64,000 bases of DNA from an uncultured Rickettsia sp. (GTDB lineage: Bacteria; Pseudomonadota; Alphaproteobacteria; Rickettsiales; UBA1997), in assembly GCA_964505265.1 (NCBI GenBank), contig CAZDGN010000004.1:1515-65514 (forward strand), in the 5' to 3' direction. Positions 46,293 through 56,907 of the stretch are shown here, in pieces. The notes beneath the pieces were generated by a model, which saw only the letters and a list, made by a program, of their open reading frames with translations, did not search any database and was not told where the DNA came from. The translations under genes were made by a program, and so were the position numbers. Every line of letters begins with the position of its first letter. Position 1 is the first letter of the stretch.

Positions 46293-46910
46293 TTAATTTT
46301 TTAAAAAAAAACTGGTATTTTTGATCTTTAATTGGGCAGGTGCAATACCAGAAAAAACAATATGTTCAAAATTATTTTTTTCTAAGAAATCAATAGTTTT
46401 TTGATAGTTTGAGCGTTCAGAGTCATCAAGAATTAAATATCCTCCAGATTTCAGTGAGTCAAGAGATTGAAGTGTGCAGAGATGCCTTTTTAATGAATCG
46501 ATGACTATAAAATCAAATTTAATATTATTCATTATTGAATAATTATTCGCAAAATTCTCGTAATCGACATTGTCAATTGCATCTTCTAATAAAAAAATTT
46601 CAGAATTTTTGGATATAAAATGTTTGTTATTAGAATTAATTTTGTTAGGAATTTTTTGGCAAATTATATCAAACCAAGTTCGGTTGCTTTCAATAGCCAC
46701 AACCTTTAAGCAATTGCTATTATAAAAAATTGTCGATGATCCAGAACCAAACTCAAATACATAATGTTCTGGCTTAAGATGCTTTTTTAAAAATTCAATA
46801 GCCTCAAAACTATACCAAGGAATTGCATTAAAATTTTCATCGACTGAAAAGCCGATTTTAGAGGAGTTAATCCAGCTACTTTTGTATAAATTAAATTGGT
46901 CTTTAATCAT
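46293..46910 (-). CDS. Putative class I SAM-dependent methyltransferase
   Basis: It has a glycine-rich motif I (VFEFGSGSSTIF), an acidic motif II (VVAIESN) and GGYLILDD. Confidence 0.45.
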   Translation of the reverse strand: MIKDQFNLYKSSWINSSKIGFSVDENFNAIPWYSFEAIEFLKKHLKPEHYVFEFGSGSSTIFYNSNCLKVVAIESNRTWFDIICQKIPNKINSNNKHFISKNSEIFLLEDAIDNVDYENFANNYSIMNNIKFDFIVIDSLKRHLCTLQSLDSLKSGGYLILDDSERSNYQKTIDFLEKNNFEHIVFSGIAPAQLKIKNTSFFLKN

Positions 46911-46942
46911 TGGTAAATTAATTTTAGTTTAATTTAATTACT

Positions 46943-47269
46943 TTACCTACCAAAAACTACAGTACATCTTTTACTAAATAAGAAGTAATTTTTACTATAT
47001 TTATCAACAGCATAAATACTTTGTATATTGGCATTTTTAATAGCCGAAATAACCGATTGATCGCCCGATAATTTGATGGCAGTCTCACCGATATAAGGAA
47101 TGGTAAAACCACCAAAAAGGTTGCGCGAACAAGATTCTCCTTTTTTAATTTCAGATAAGGAGGAAACAGTTATTTTTTCTAATTCATTAAAATCAGTATT
47201 GTAGCTGTAACATGAAATGTTAAAAGCTAATAAAATAATTAAAAATATATTTTTTATATATAACTTCAT
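46943..47269 (-). CDS. TRL-like small lipoprotein
   Basis: It has a lipobox-like signal (AFNISC). The block LFGGFTIPYIGETAIKLSGDQSVISAIKNANIQSIYAVD...CTVVFG resembles the TRL domain family. Confidence 0.45.
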   Translation of the reverse strand: MKLYIKNIFLIILLAFNISCYSYNTDFNELEKITVSSLSEIKKGESCSRNLFGGFTIPYIGETAIKLSGDQSVISAIKNANIQSIYAVDKYSKNYFLFSKRCTVVFGR

Positions 47270-47274
47270 TATAT

Positions 47275-48096
47275 CTAGTAAATTATATTAAATTTTATAT
47301 TATTGTCAATATAGCATTTATCTTGGGATTTATAAAACTTTTGCAAATAGATTTTTGAATTCTTATTGTTAATATATTTGATAAAAGCGGTAGTTACTTT
47401 GCCGCGGTCAGTACTACTATTTTCAAGGCTGTAAACTGGCATAATCCATTTTCGATTTAGGTTAAATTGCATATTACTTGCTTCTCTAAGGTCAAGTCTT
47501 ATGGGTTTTTTGATGTTATCAGCTAAAAGTGAAAATTTAAAATTCGCAGCAAATTTTAAATTGCCAAAAACCGAATTAGAATTGTTGGCATTTATTATAA
47601 TTTCTTTATCAACTAAATCTGGGCGGAAAATTTTTTCAGGTTTGAAAATTTTTAAAACTTGAGGTGGTAAGATTGTAATTGCCGAGTTGTTAAAATTAAA
47701 CATTGAAAAAAACCCCTGCGAAAATTTTGAAGTGAATAAATATGGTGTTAAGGTGAAGTCAGATTCGTTTGAAAATATTATGTTGATTAGATCAACTGTT
47801 TTGTAATATCTTAAATCAACCAAAATAAATTCTGCATCTTTTGGAGCTTTTTTGATTGAATTATAGATATGAGATACAACACTTTCATCGGTAAGTTTCG
47901 AAACTGAAGGCAAATCAACTGATTGCCTTCGCTTAATTTCAATTGCTGATAGTGGATTAAATAATTGTTTTCTCTTGCTTATTTCACTTTCTGTATTGAT
48001 GCAATCATAACTAGAATTTTGATTAATAACTTTATTAGCACAAGATTGAAGGTTAATAATTACAAATATAAATAACATTCTTTTTATTAAAATCAT
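47275..48096 (-). CDS. Hypothetical lipoprotein
   Basis: It has a signal peptide with Cys (INLQSCANK) and no recognisable domain. Confidence 0.4.
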   Translation of the reverse strand: MILIKRMLFIFVIINLQSCANKVINQNSSYDCINTESEISKRKQLFNPLSAIEIKRRQSVDLPSVSKLTDESVVSHIYNSIKKAPKDAEFILVDLRYYKTVDLINIIFSNESDFTLTPYLFTSKFSQGFFSMFNFNNSAITILPPQVLKIFKPEKIFRPDLVDKEIIINANNSNSVFGNLKFAANFKFSLLADNIKKPIRLDLREASNMQFNLNRKWIMPVYSLENSSTDRGKVTTAFIKYINNKNSKIYLQKFYKSQDKCYIDNNIKFNIIY

Positions 48097-48267
48097 CTAA
48101 AGTAAATTGTTTTTCGTTAATAACAAAGCTAGTCGGTAATATTTTAGTTTATTCCTTAAATAAATTTTTACAACTTAAAATAGATAGGATAATTTTAAAA
48201 ATCTATTTTACTTAAATATGAAACAAATTTTTGGATTGTATATTTTTAAAGGGGGAGATTTGTAATA

Positions 48268-48300
48268 ATCGCAAAATCTTTTTATAAAAGATTTTGCGAT
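48268..48300 (-). terminator. Perfect 14-bp hairpin downstream of cspA
   Basis: The arms atcgcaaaatcttt (48268-48281) and aaagattttgcgat (48287-48300) form the stem, 15 nt after the cspA stop. The T-tract is weak. Confidence 0.45.
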
Positions 48301-48315
48301 AAAATATAGCTTTAG

Positions 48316-48528
48316 TTATTCGGCAAGTTCTAGAACATCAACCGATTCTTTGCCTTTACGATTAGTTAAAGTAAAATAAACTTTTTGATTTTCATTTAGA
48401 GTTTTTAGACCAGCTTTAATTACAGAGCTAATGTGAACAAAAACATCTTTGTCACTGCCATCTGGCTTAATGAAGCCATAACCTTTAGTAGCATTAAACC
48501 ATTTAACTTTTCCAGTAATTTTTTCCAT
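48316..48528 (-). CDS. cspA: Cold-shock protein (CspA family)
   Basis: [15 protein letters not shown] (RNP1) and DVFVHIS (RNP2) are present, and the protein is 70 aa. Confidence 0.9.
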   Translation of the reverse strand: MEKITGKVKWFNATKGYGFIKPDGSDKDVFVHISSVIKAGLKTLNENQKVYFTLTNRKGKESVDVLELAE

Positions 48529-48663
48529 GATATTTATTAATTTTAATTCAATGAAATAACAAAAAGTTATTTCTTCAATATATAAAATACAAACTTAAAT
48601 TCAAAAATAAATAATTATTTTACTTTTTATTAAAAAAATTTTTAAATTGATAATAAATTAGCT

Positions 48664-50010
48664 CTAAAATATTTTTTTAAATAATTTTTTACCCAACTTT
48701 TTAAAGCTAAAAGAGTTATTTTTTCCAAATTCATTTTCATATTTTTGAAATTTCTTTGGTTTTTTTGGATTTTTGTCGGATTGCTTTCTTTCATTTCTGC
48801 TTCCAAAAAACTTTTTATGCTCAGAGTTATTAATTTTTTTACCAATAATTGCATTAGGTAATTCAATAATTTTAAATCCTTTAAGATTAGAACAATCTTC
48901 GCGAGGAATTTGTTTATTTATTAAAGTTTCGATTAATTTAATTTTTCTAAATTCTTCGGGTTCACAAATCGAAATCGCACAACCGCTTCTGCCAGCTCTA
49001 GCAGTTCTTCCGATGCGGTGAACATAATTTTCACTGTCCCGAGGTAGGTCGTAATTTATTACTAGAGTAATTTTAGAAATATCAATTCCTCGAGATGCTA
49101 AATCAGTTGCCACCATTATATTTACCGATTCATTGGCAAATGATTTGATGGCTTTGTCGCGGGCTGCTTGAGATTTATTGCCGTGCATCACTAGATTATT
49201 AAATCCACATTTTGCTAAGCGAGTAGATAATCTATTGGCATTATGTTTAGTTTGACAAAAAATCAAAACCGAACCCTCTTGATGATTCGACAATAAATAA
49301 TGCAAAACGCTAAATTTTTGGTTTTTGCTGGTGGTTATAATTTTTTGCTCGATTTTGTCGACAGTGCTAGAAACTCTTGCGGTTTGAATTTTAGTTGGAT
49401 TTTTTAAAATATCATTTGCCAAATCTTCGATTTTTTTAGCCATTGTTGCCGAAAACAGAAGTGTTTGTTTTTTATTTGGTAATAATTTTAATATTTTTTT
49501 AATATCCTCATAAAATCCCATATCCAGCATGCGGTCAGCTTCGTCAAGTATTAGGATTTTTACATCCGAATATTTAACATAATTTTGATTTGTTAAATCA
49601 ATTAATCTTCCTGGAGTAGCTATTAAAACATCTAAACCTTTATGCAAATTATTAATTTGGTCACGTTCGCCAACCCCACCATAAATCGTTGCATATTTAA
49701 AATTAAATTTTTGGCAATATAGCTTGAGATTCTCGGCAATTTGAGTAGCTAATTCTCTGGTTGGAACTAAAATTAATGATGAGATATGTAGCGGTTTTTG
49801 TTGTGGAGTATTTTCGAGTAAAAGTTGAATTAGTGGAATGCAAAAAGCATCGGTTTTTCCGGTTCCTGTTTGCGAAATAGCAATAAGGTCGCCACCATTT
49901 AAAATATTTGGAATTGCTTGTTCTTGAATTGGAGTTGGTGTTGAGTAACCTTTTTTTTCAAGAATATCAATAATCTTACTATTGATATTAAGCGCTGAAA
50001 AATTTGTCAT
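48664..50010 (-). CDS. DEAD-box ATP-dependent RNA helicase (RhlE-like) with a basic tail
   Basis: It has the Q motif (GYSTPTPIQ), SQTGTGKT, PTRELA, DEAD (LDEADRM), SAT and HRIGRTARAG. Confidence 0.9.
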   Translation of the reverse strand: MTNFSALNINSKIIDILEKKGYSTPTPIQEQAIPNILNGGDLIAISQTGTGKTDAFCIPLIQLLLENTPQQKPLHISSLILVPTRELATQIAENLKLYCQKFNFKYATIYGGVGERDQINNLHKGLDVLIATPGRLIDLTNQNYVKYSDVKILILDEADRMLDMGFYEDIKKILKLLPNKKQTLLFSATMAKKIEDLANDILKNPTKIQTARVSSTVDKIEQKIITTSKNQKFSVLHYLLSNHQEGSVLIFCQTKHNANRLSTRLAKCGFNNLVMHGNKSQAARDKAIKSFANESVNIMVATDLASRGIDISKITLVINYDLPRDSENYVHRIGRTARAGRSGCAISICEPEEFRKIKLIETLINKQIPREDCSNLKGFKIIELPNAIIGKKINNSEHKKFFGSRNERKQSDKNPKKPKKFQKYENEFGKNNSFSFKKLGKKLFKKIF

Positions 50011-50224
50011 AATTATGTTAAAAAATATTAAAGAAATATTTTATAAAGGGCTAACGAAAAACAAACAAAATCGAGTAAAAAATAAAATATTCATTAAATT
50101 TTAATTAAAGCTAATGATAGGCTTTAGATAAGATAAATAGTGAATTGCAAAATAATCTTTATAAAATAACTTTCACATTATAAAATATCTAAAAATTTTA
50201 AGCAATAAAAAGATTTTAAAAATA

Positions 50225-51352
50225 ATGTTTAAAGACTATAAAGAAAAAATTAATGCACTAAAAAAACAAAATTTATACCGAAATTTAGTAAATTCAGAAG
50301 CAATTGATTCTACTAAAATCAAATATAATTTAAAAAAGGTGATTTCCTTTGCATCCAATGATTACATGGGTTTAACTCAAAGCAATATTTTAAAAAAAAC
50401 CGCAATATCAGCTATAAAAAAATATGGTGTTGGTGCGGGTGCATCTCGCTTTGTTTCTGGCAATAACCAGCTTTATGGTAAATTAGAAAATTTAATTGCT
50501 GAATTTTATCAAATGCCAAAGGCACTGGTTTTTTCTTCGGGCTATATGACTGCACTTGGGGTTGTTAAGGCTCTAGCTAGTAAAGACGATATTATCATTG
50601 CCGATAAATTAATTCATGCATGCTTTATTGATGCAGCAAAAATTTCCGAAGCAAAATTTTGTCGATTTCAGCATAATTCTATAAAACATTGTAATGAAAT
50701 TTTACAAGAAAATCGAGATTTACATCGCAATTGTTTGATTATAATTGAATCAGTTTATTCAATGGATGGAGATGTTTCGAATATTGAAGAATTTATTATG
50801 TTAGCACAAAAATTTCGAGCAATTTTGATTATTGATAATGCTCATGGGTTAGATTGTAAATTTTCGTCCAGCCCAAATTTGTTATTAATGGGAACCTTGT
50901 CCAAAACTATTGGTGCTTTAGGCGGTTTTGTTGCCGGAAATACAGTTTTAATTGAAAATATTTTACAATTTTCGCGTTCACTAATATACTCAACCGCTCT
51001 TCCTCCGGCGATTTTAGCTAGTGCAATTCGTTCATTTCAATATTTGCGGAAAACTAAAAATTCTACTAAAGCTATAAAAAATGCAGAATATTTTTGTGAA
51101 TTGATGGGGCTAAAAAAACCAGATTCACAAATCATTAAAATCATTATCGGAGATAATGCCAAGCTATTAAAAATTCAAAAGGAAATTTTAAAGAAAGGTT
51201 TTTTGGTTTCGGCAATAAGATCGCCAACGGTAATGATTAAAAGTGAAAGATTAAGAATTTCCTTTCAAAGTGAGCATAAAAAATCTCAAATTAAAAAACT
51301 TTCAATCGTTATTAAAAAAATCCTAGCGGATTTTAAGATTGATATTTCTTAA
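50225..51352 (+). CDS. bioF: 8-amino-7-oxononanoate synthase
   Basis: It has FASNDYMGL, ASRFVSGN, SMDGD and the PLP lysine context GTLSKTIG. The 375-aa size fits BioF rather than ALA synthase. Confidence 0.75.
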   Translation: MFKDYKEKINALKKQNLYRNLVNSEAIDSTKIKYNLKKVISFASNDYMGLTQSNILKKTAISAIKKYGVGAGASRFVSGNNQLYGKLENLIAEFYQMPKALVFSSGYMTALGVVKALASKDDIIIADKLIHACFIDAAKISEAKFCRFQHNSIKHCNEILQENRDLHRNCLIIIESVYSMDGDVSNIEEFIMLAQKFRAILIIDNAHGLDCKFSSSPNLLLMGTLSKTIGALGGFVAGNTVLIENILQFSRSLIYSTALPPAILASAIRSFQYLRKTKNSTKAIKNAEYFCELMGLKKPDSQIIKIIIGDNAKLLKIQKEILKKGFLVSAIRSPTVMIKSERLRISFQSEHKKSQIKKLSIVIKKILADFKIDIS

Positions 51353-51950
51353 GTTTTTTAAATGTTAAGACAATAATAAAAATTACTGCTGAAACTAAAA
51401 CCAAAGAAATGGTGATTTGTCGAAGGTAAGTGAAAATTAAATCTTGATTTTCACCTATAAAATAGCCAAAAAAAGCTAAAATACTTGTCCAGATTGTGGC
51501 TCCTAGGCTAGTGTAAAAGAAAAACAACTTAAAATTCATTTTGGCAAGACCCGCGGGCAAGGAAATAAAATGCCTAAATCCCGGAAGTAATCTTCCCATA
51601 AAAACCGAAATATTGCCATAATTTTTAAAAAATTCCTCAATATTTTCAATGGTTTGAGGTTTAATAAAAAAATATTTGCCAATTTTTAAAATAATTTTTC
51701 TTGGAAAGAAAAATGCTAAATAATAACTAAATACCGCCCCAGCTACATTGCCGATAATGCCAAAAAAAGTGACCAAATAAATATTAAGCGAGCCTTTTGA
51801 GCTGGCAATACCAGCTGGAATCATAATAATTTCGCTTGGTATTGGAAATAATGTGCTTTCTAAAAACATACCAATAAAAATGCCCAAATAGCCAAGCTGT
51901 TCAGTTATTGTGACCACAACGCTGATCATTTCTTTTAAGAATTCGTGCAT
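51333..51950 (-). CDS. DedA-family membrane protein
   Basis: The block LESTLFPIPSEIIMIPAG and the RLLPGFRHFISLPAG motif are present. Confidence 0.8.
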   Translation of the reverse strand: MHEFLKEMISVVVTITEQLGYLGIFIGMFLESTLFPIPSEIIMIPAGIASSKGSLNIYLVTFFGIIGNVAGAVFSYYLAFFFPRKIILKIGKYFFIKPQTIENIEEFFKNYGNISVFMGRLLPGFRHFISLPAGLAKMNFKLFFFYTSLGATIWTSILAFFGYFIGENQDLIFTYLRQITISLVLVSAVIFIIVLTFKKLKKYQS

Positions 51951-51951
51951 A

Positions 51952-52575
51952 TTATTGAAATTGATTGATAAATTTTTCTATGGATTGAGGTTGCTGTCTT
52001 TCAACTCTTTTGGCTTCAATTATTGAGCGAATTTTTTGATAAGAATTATTCAAATCATCATTGATAATTAAATAATCATATTCGCGGTAATGACTAATTT
52101 CGCTCAAAGCCTTTTTCATGCGGCTTTGCACAATATGTTCTGGATCTTGTGCTCTGGCACGAAGCCTTCTTTCGAGTTCTTGAAGCGATGGCGGTAAAAT
52201 GAAAATCGAAACAATTTCATTTTTAGAAAATTTTTCACGAATTTGTCTGGCACCCTGCCAGTCGATATCAAATAAAACACAATGCCCCTTGTTTAAAGCC
52301 TCTTTGACGGGAGATATCGGAGTTCCGTAGAAATTTTCGAAAACCTCAGCATCTTCTAAAAATTCTTGCTTTGATTTCATTTCCAGAAAATTTTGGTGGG
52401 ATACAAAATAATAATGTTGTCCACTAATTTCATTTGGTCTTTTAGCTCGAGTTGTGGCTGAAATTGAAAGTTGGATTAAAGGGTCATTTTGCACAATCAT
52501 TTTGCAGATTGTTGATTTTCCAGCTCCAGAAGGTGAAGATATAATAATTAAAAAAGGCGAATGATTGATAAACAT
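51952..52575 (-). CDS. gmk: Guanylate kinase
   Basis: It has a P-loop (SSPSGAGKST) and the blocks TTRAKRPNE, HYYFVS and DIDWQGA. Confidence 0.9.
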   Translation of the reverse strand: MFINHSPFLIIISSPSGAGKSTICKMIVQNDPLIQLSISATTRAKRPNEISGQHYYFVSHQNFLEMKSKQEFLEDAEVFENFYGTPISPVKEALNKGHCVLFDIDWQGARQIREKFSKNEIVSIFILPPSLQELERRLRARAQDPEHIVQSRMKKALSEISHYREYDYLIINDDLNNSYQKIRSIIEAKRVERQQPQSIEKFINQFQ

Positions 52576-52617
52576 TTATACAGTTATTTAATTTGGTGAA
52601 TTATTAAAAATAATAAT

Positions 52618-53436
52618 TTATTCGCCGTCTTTAACAATAGCAATGTCTGGAGCATCTGGGGCTTTCATACCAACCACATGATAGCCAGCATCAACATGAA
52701 GAGTTTCGCCAGTTACTCCATTGCCAAGCTCTGATAATAAAAATACTCCAGCACCACCTACATCTTGTAAAGATACATTACGACGAAGTGGAGCATTATA
52801 TTCATTCCATTTGAAAATTAATCTAAAATCACCAATTCCACTGGCAGCTAGCGTTTTGACTGGACCTGCTGAAATTGCATTGACTCTGATATTGTCTTTA
52901 CCCATATCCATAGCTAAATAACGAACACTAGCTTCAAGTGCAGCTTTGGCAACACCCATTACATTATAATGTGGCATAACTTTTTCAGCACCGTAATAGC
53001 TAAGGGTAATAATGCTTCCACCGCCAGCATTTATCATTAACTTTTCAGCTTCTTTGGCAACTGCAACCAGTGAGAATGCTGAGATATTCATAGTATTAAC
53101 AAAATTTTGTGGTGAAGTGTGTAAATATTTTCCGCGAAGTTCTTCCTTATCAGAATAAGCGATGGCATGAACTAGAAAATCTAATTTACCCCATTTTTTT
53201 TCTAAAACTTCAAAAACTTTTTTGATGGATTCTGGGTCATTGACATCGCAAGGTAAGACGATATCGGAACCAACTGATTGAGCCAAAGGTTCTACCCTTT
53301 TTTGCAGAGCCTCTCCTTGAAATGTGAAAGCTAATTCGGCACCATATTTTTTTGCTTCTTCGGCAATGCCCCAAGCAATTGATCTATTGTTGGCGACACC
53401 CATAATTAAACCTTTTTTTCCTGATAAGATTGTCAT
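52618..53436 (-). CDS. fabI: Enoyl-ACP reductase (NADH), FabI
   Basis: It has GKKGLIMGVANNRSIAWGIA, the Y-x6-K context (YNVMGVAKAALE) and IRVNAISAGPVKTLAASG. Confidence 0.9.
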   Translation of the reverse strand: MTILSGKKGLIMGVANNRSIAWGIAEEAKKYGAELAFTFQGEALQKRVEPLAQSVGSDIVLPCDVNDPESIKKVFEVLEKKWGKLDFLVHAIAYSDKEELRGKYLHTSPQNFVNTMNISAFSLVAVAKEAEKLMINAGGGSIITLSYYGAEKVMPHYNVMGVAKAALEASVRYLAMDMGKDNIRVNAISAGPVKTLAASGIGDFRLIFKWNEYNAPLRRNVSLQDVGGAGVFLLSELGNGVTGETLHVDAGYHVVGMKAPDAPDIAIVKDGE

Positions 53437-53456
53437 ATTAAAAATTTTTTAAATTA

Positions 53457-54065
53457 TTAATTCGTATAAAGCCACGGTGTAATTTTGCGGTTGATTTCTT
53501 CAAAAGAAGTGATTTTATCATTTTTTTGCAGAGTTAAACCAATATCGTCAAGCCCTTCAATTAAACAATGTTTTTTGAAAGCATCGATATTAAATTTGTA
53601 AATTTTATTATTGGCCAAGATAGTTTGATTTGGTAAATCAACCTCGGCAATATTGTTTTTGTCTTGAGAATATTTTAAAATTTCATCGACCTGATTGTGA
53701 GGTAAAATGATTGGTAAGATTCCGTTTTTAAAACAATTATTAAAGAAAATATCGGCGAATGAAGGAGCAATTACCACTCTAATTCCAAAGTCTAGAAGAG
53801 CCCATGGAGCATGCTCACGACTTGACCCACAACCAAAATTATCTTGGGCAACTAAAATTTGTGCTTTGTTGAAAGGCTCTTGATTTAAAACGAAATCGGC
53901 AATGATATTTTCGTTTAAATCATAACGCATTTCGTGAAAAAGATTTTGACCCAAGCCAGTTCTTTTTATAGTTTTAAGAAACTGTTTTGGAATGATCATA
54001 TCAGTATCGATATTAATAAGGGCAATTCCAGCAATTACTGATTTAATTTTATTGAATTTTTGCAT
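53457..54065 (-). CDS. leuD: 3-isopropylmalate dehydratase small subunit
   Basis: It has DTDMIIPKQFL, NFGCGSSREHAPWAL and SFADIFFNNCFKNG. No leuC is adjacent. Confidence 0.85.
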   Translation of the reverse strand: MQKFNKIKSVIAGIALINIDTDMIIPKQFLKTIKRTGLGQNLFHEMRYDLNENIIADFVLNQEPFNKAQILVAQDNFGCGSSREHAPWALLDFGIRVVIAPSFADIFFNNCFKNGILPIILPHNQVDEILKYSQDKNNIAEVDLPNQTILANNKIYKFNIDAFKKHCLIEGLDDIGLTLQKNDKITSFEEINRKITPWLYTN

Positions 54066-54150
54066 TAGCTTTAAATTTAGCTTTAATTTTTTTAAATTCT
54101 AAATTAATTTTTTTTTAAGTAAATAATTTTTTTTAATAAAAAACCAAAAA

Positions 54151-55080
54151 TTAATTAATTATTGTTGATATATCGAATTGAATTTGCTGTTTTAAATGTT
54201 CAAGATTAACAAATTTCATTTCATCGCGAATAAAATCCTCGAAGATAACTACAATTTTTTTCCCATAAATATCTTGATTAAAATTAAAAATATGTGTTTC
54301 AAAAATCGGTTGAGAATTATTTTGATTAATTGTTGGCTTGATGCCAAAATTAGTTATGCCTGAAAATGTTTTTTGCATTTTTGGAATAAAAATTTTGGTT
54401 TTATAGACACCAAATTTTGGCAAGATTAAATAAGGCTTAGTCAATAAATTCGCAGTGGCAAAACCGATTTTATGCCCAATTTGATTGCCTTTAACTACCA
54501 TTCCTTCAATTTGATAATTTTTTCCTAAAATTAAATTTAATTTTTTTATTTCACCATTTTTTATAAAACTTCTAGCCTGCGAAGAAGAAATTGTGAGGTC
54601 ATTATCGAATTTAATTGGACTAATTTCATGTAAATCAAAATCGTAATTTTCTAGGGTTTTAAAATTACCTTGGCGATTTTTGCCAAATGTAAAATCATAA
54701 CCAACGATTAATGATTTAGTGTTAAATTTATTTATTAATATATCCTCAACAAAGTTGTTATGGCTTAATTGTGATAGATAATTATTAAAGTTAAGTATTA
54801 AAAGATAATCTAAATTATAATTTTGAAGAATTCTTATTTTATTTGCTAAACTATAAATACGAAAATTTTTGCTAAAATTTGGATTATTTTTATTTAAAAA
54901 TATAATTGGGTGAGGTTCAAAAGTTAGTAAAGCGGTTTTAAGTTGATTTTTTTTAGCTACTTGATGAGTTTTGGCAATAATTTTTTGATGAGCTTGGTGA
55001 ACTCCATCAAAGTTGCCGATAGTTAAGGCAATTGGGGGTAGTTGTTGCGATATTTGATTTAAATTTCGAATTAAAATCAT
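54151..55080 (-). CDS. ribF: Bifunctional riboflavin kinase / FAD synthetase
   Basis: The N-terminus has TIGNFDGVHQAHQ. The C-terminal kinase region has GFATANL and IYGKKIVVIFEDFIRDEMKF. Confidence 0.85.
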   Translation of the reverse strand: MILIRNLNQISQQLPPIALTIGNFDGVHQAHQKIIAKTHQVAKKNQLKTALLTFEPHPIIFLNKNNPNFSKNFRIYSLANKIRILQNYNLDYLLILNFNNYLSQLSHNNFVEDILINKFNTKSLIVGYDFTFGKNRQGNFKTLENYDFDLHEISPIKFDNDLTISSSQARSFIKNGEIKKLNLILGKNYQIEGMVVKGNQIGHKIGFATANLLTKPYLILPKFGVYKTKIFIPKMQKTFSGITNFGIKPTINQNNSQPIFETHIFNFNQDIYGKKIVVIFEDFIRDEMKFVNLEHLKQQIQFDISTIIN

Positions 55081-55167
55081 TTTTTAAAATCATTCTTGGA
55101 ATTAAATTTAAAAAAATTATAATACTAAAAATTAAACTCCGCAATATTAATTAATCTATTTTAGGTG

Positions 55168-56898
55168 ATGAAATTTTATATAAAATTATTTTTGGCTTGG
55201 TGTTGTTTGAATTTATTTATCAAGGAACTTTCTGCAAACAACATTTCACATGGTATTTCGATATTTGAAAATTTAAAATATCCACAAAATTTTTCTCATC
55301 TTGAATACGTTAATCCGAATGCACCAAAGGGGGGAGCGGTTAAATATGGTGTTGAGGGTGGCTTTAACTCCTTCAATCAATTTATTTTAAAAGGCTTGCC
55401 CGCTTCGGGTTTATCATTGATTTACGATAGCTTGATGGAAAGTGTAGATGATGAAATTGGTTCAAGATACGGTTTAATTGCTAAGGCGGTAAAAATTTCA
55501 GATGACAAATTAAATATTACTTTTTTCTTAAATCAAAATGCTTATTTTCACGATGGTGTCAATATTACTGCCGATGATGTGGTTTTTACTTTTAACAAAT
55601 TATTGCAAGAAGGTCACCCATCATATAAAATGAGTTATCGTGATGTTAAGGAGGTAAAAAAAATTAATAAGCATCAAGTGGTTTTTAATTTAAAAAATTC
55701 ACAAAATCGAAATTTACCTCTGTTAATTGCTTCATTACCAGTTTTACCAAAGCATTTTTATGAAAAAAACGATTTTTCTAAATCCTCGCTAGAAATTCCT
55801 CTCGGCTCTGGACCATACCAAATCAAGGATTTTAGTGTAAATCGATTTATAGTTTATGAGCGGGTAAAAAATTATTGGGGTAGAAATTTGCCAATTAACC
55901 GAGGAAGATATAATTTTGATAAAATCACCTTTGATTATTATCGTGATAACAATGTTTTGGTTGAAGCTTTTAAATCTCAGAAATACGATATTAGGCAAGA
56001 AAATATTGCTAGAAATTGGGCAAATTTATACAATATAAAAGCGGTTGAAAATGGCGAAATTATTAAGGCGGAGATTCCTCATCAAACCCCACCTTCAACT
56101 CAAAGTTTTATTTTAAATTTACGAAGACCAAAATTTCAGGATCTAGCTTTAAGAAAAGCAATTGCTTTGGTTTTTGATTTTGAATGGCTTCAAGCCCATA
56201 TTTTTTACGGCTCCTACATTCGCAATCAAAGTTTTTTTACAAACTCTATTTACACAGACAATGAAATCAAGCCTTTCACTTATGTTTCCAAAACTAATGG
56301 CGATGGCTTTAATCGCGAAAATATTTTACAAGCCCAAGAAATTCTATTGCAAGCAGGCTATAAAATTAAAAATAACCAGCTTTTTTCTCCGCAAAATTTA
56401 CCCATTAACATTGAATTTTTAATTGACCAAAAAACTTTTGAAATGGTAATTGCTCCTTATATTAAAAATCTTAAGAAGATTGGAATTTTAGCCAAAATGC
56501 GTTTTGTTGACGAAAACCAATATCAAACCAGAATTAATAATTTTGATTATGATATTATAGTTTCAACAATACCACAACAGATGGTTCCTGGGTCTGAGTT
56601 ATTTGCTTATTTTCACTCATCGCAAAAGGACATAAAAGGCTCGGCCAATCTTTCTGGTTTTAATGATAAAATAATTGATGATTTAGTAGAAAAAATTTCT
56701 ACGTCCAAAAAAATTCAAGATTTATCAAAATTATGTAAAAAATTTGATAGATATTTACTAGAGAACTATTATATTATTCCACAATGGTATAATAATAAAT
56801 ATCGGATTTTATACCGAAATATTTTTGAATTTCCGAAAATTACACCAAAATACTCATTGGCACTTGAAACTTGGTGGATTAAAAATATTAACAATTAA
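55168..56898 (+). CDS. ABC transporter periplasmic substrate-binding protein, family 5 (YejA/peptide-type)
   Basis: It has a signal peptide and a length of about 576 aa, with family-5 SBP blocks (FHDGVNITADDVVFTF, GSGPYQIKDF). Confidence 0.75.
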   Translation: MKFYIKLFLAWCCLNLFIKELSANNISHGISIFENLKYPQNFSHLEYVNPNAPKGGAVKYGVEGGFNSFNQFILKGLPASGLSLIYDSLMESVDDEIGSRYGLIAKAVKISDDKLNITFFLNQNAYFHDGVNITADDVVFTFNKLLQEGHPSYKMSYRDVKEVKKINKHQVVFNLKNSQNRNLPLLIASLPVLPKHFYEKNDFSKSSLEIPLGSGPYQIKDFSVNRFIVYERVKNYWGRNLPINRGRYNFDKITFDYYRDNNVLVEAFKSQKYDIRQENIARNWANLYNIKAVENGEIIKAEIPHQTPPSTQSFILNLRRPKFQDLALRKAIALVFDFEWLQAHIFYGSYIRNQSFFTNSIYTDNEIKPFTYVSKTNGDGFNRENILQAQEILLQAGYKIKNNQLFSPQNLPINIEFLIDQKTFEMVIAPYIKNLKKIGILAKMRFVDENQYQTRINNFDYDIIVSTIPQQMVPGSELFAYFHSSQKDIKGSANLSGFNDKIIDDLVEKISTSKKIQDLSKLCKKFDRYLLENYYIIPQWYNNKYRILYRNIFEFPKITPKYSLALETWWIKNINN

Positions 56899-56907
56899 TT
56901 TAAAATT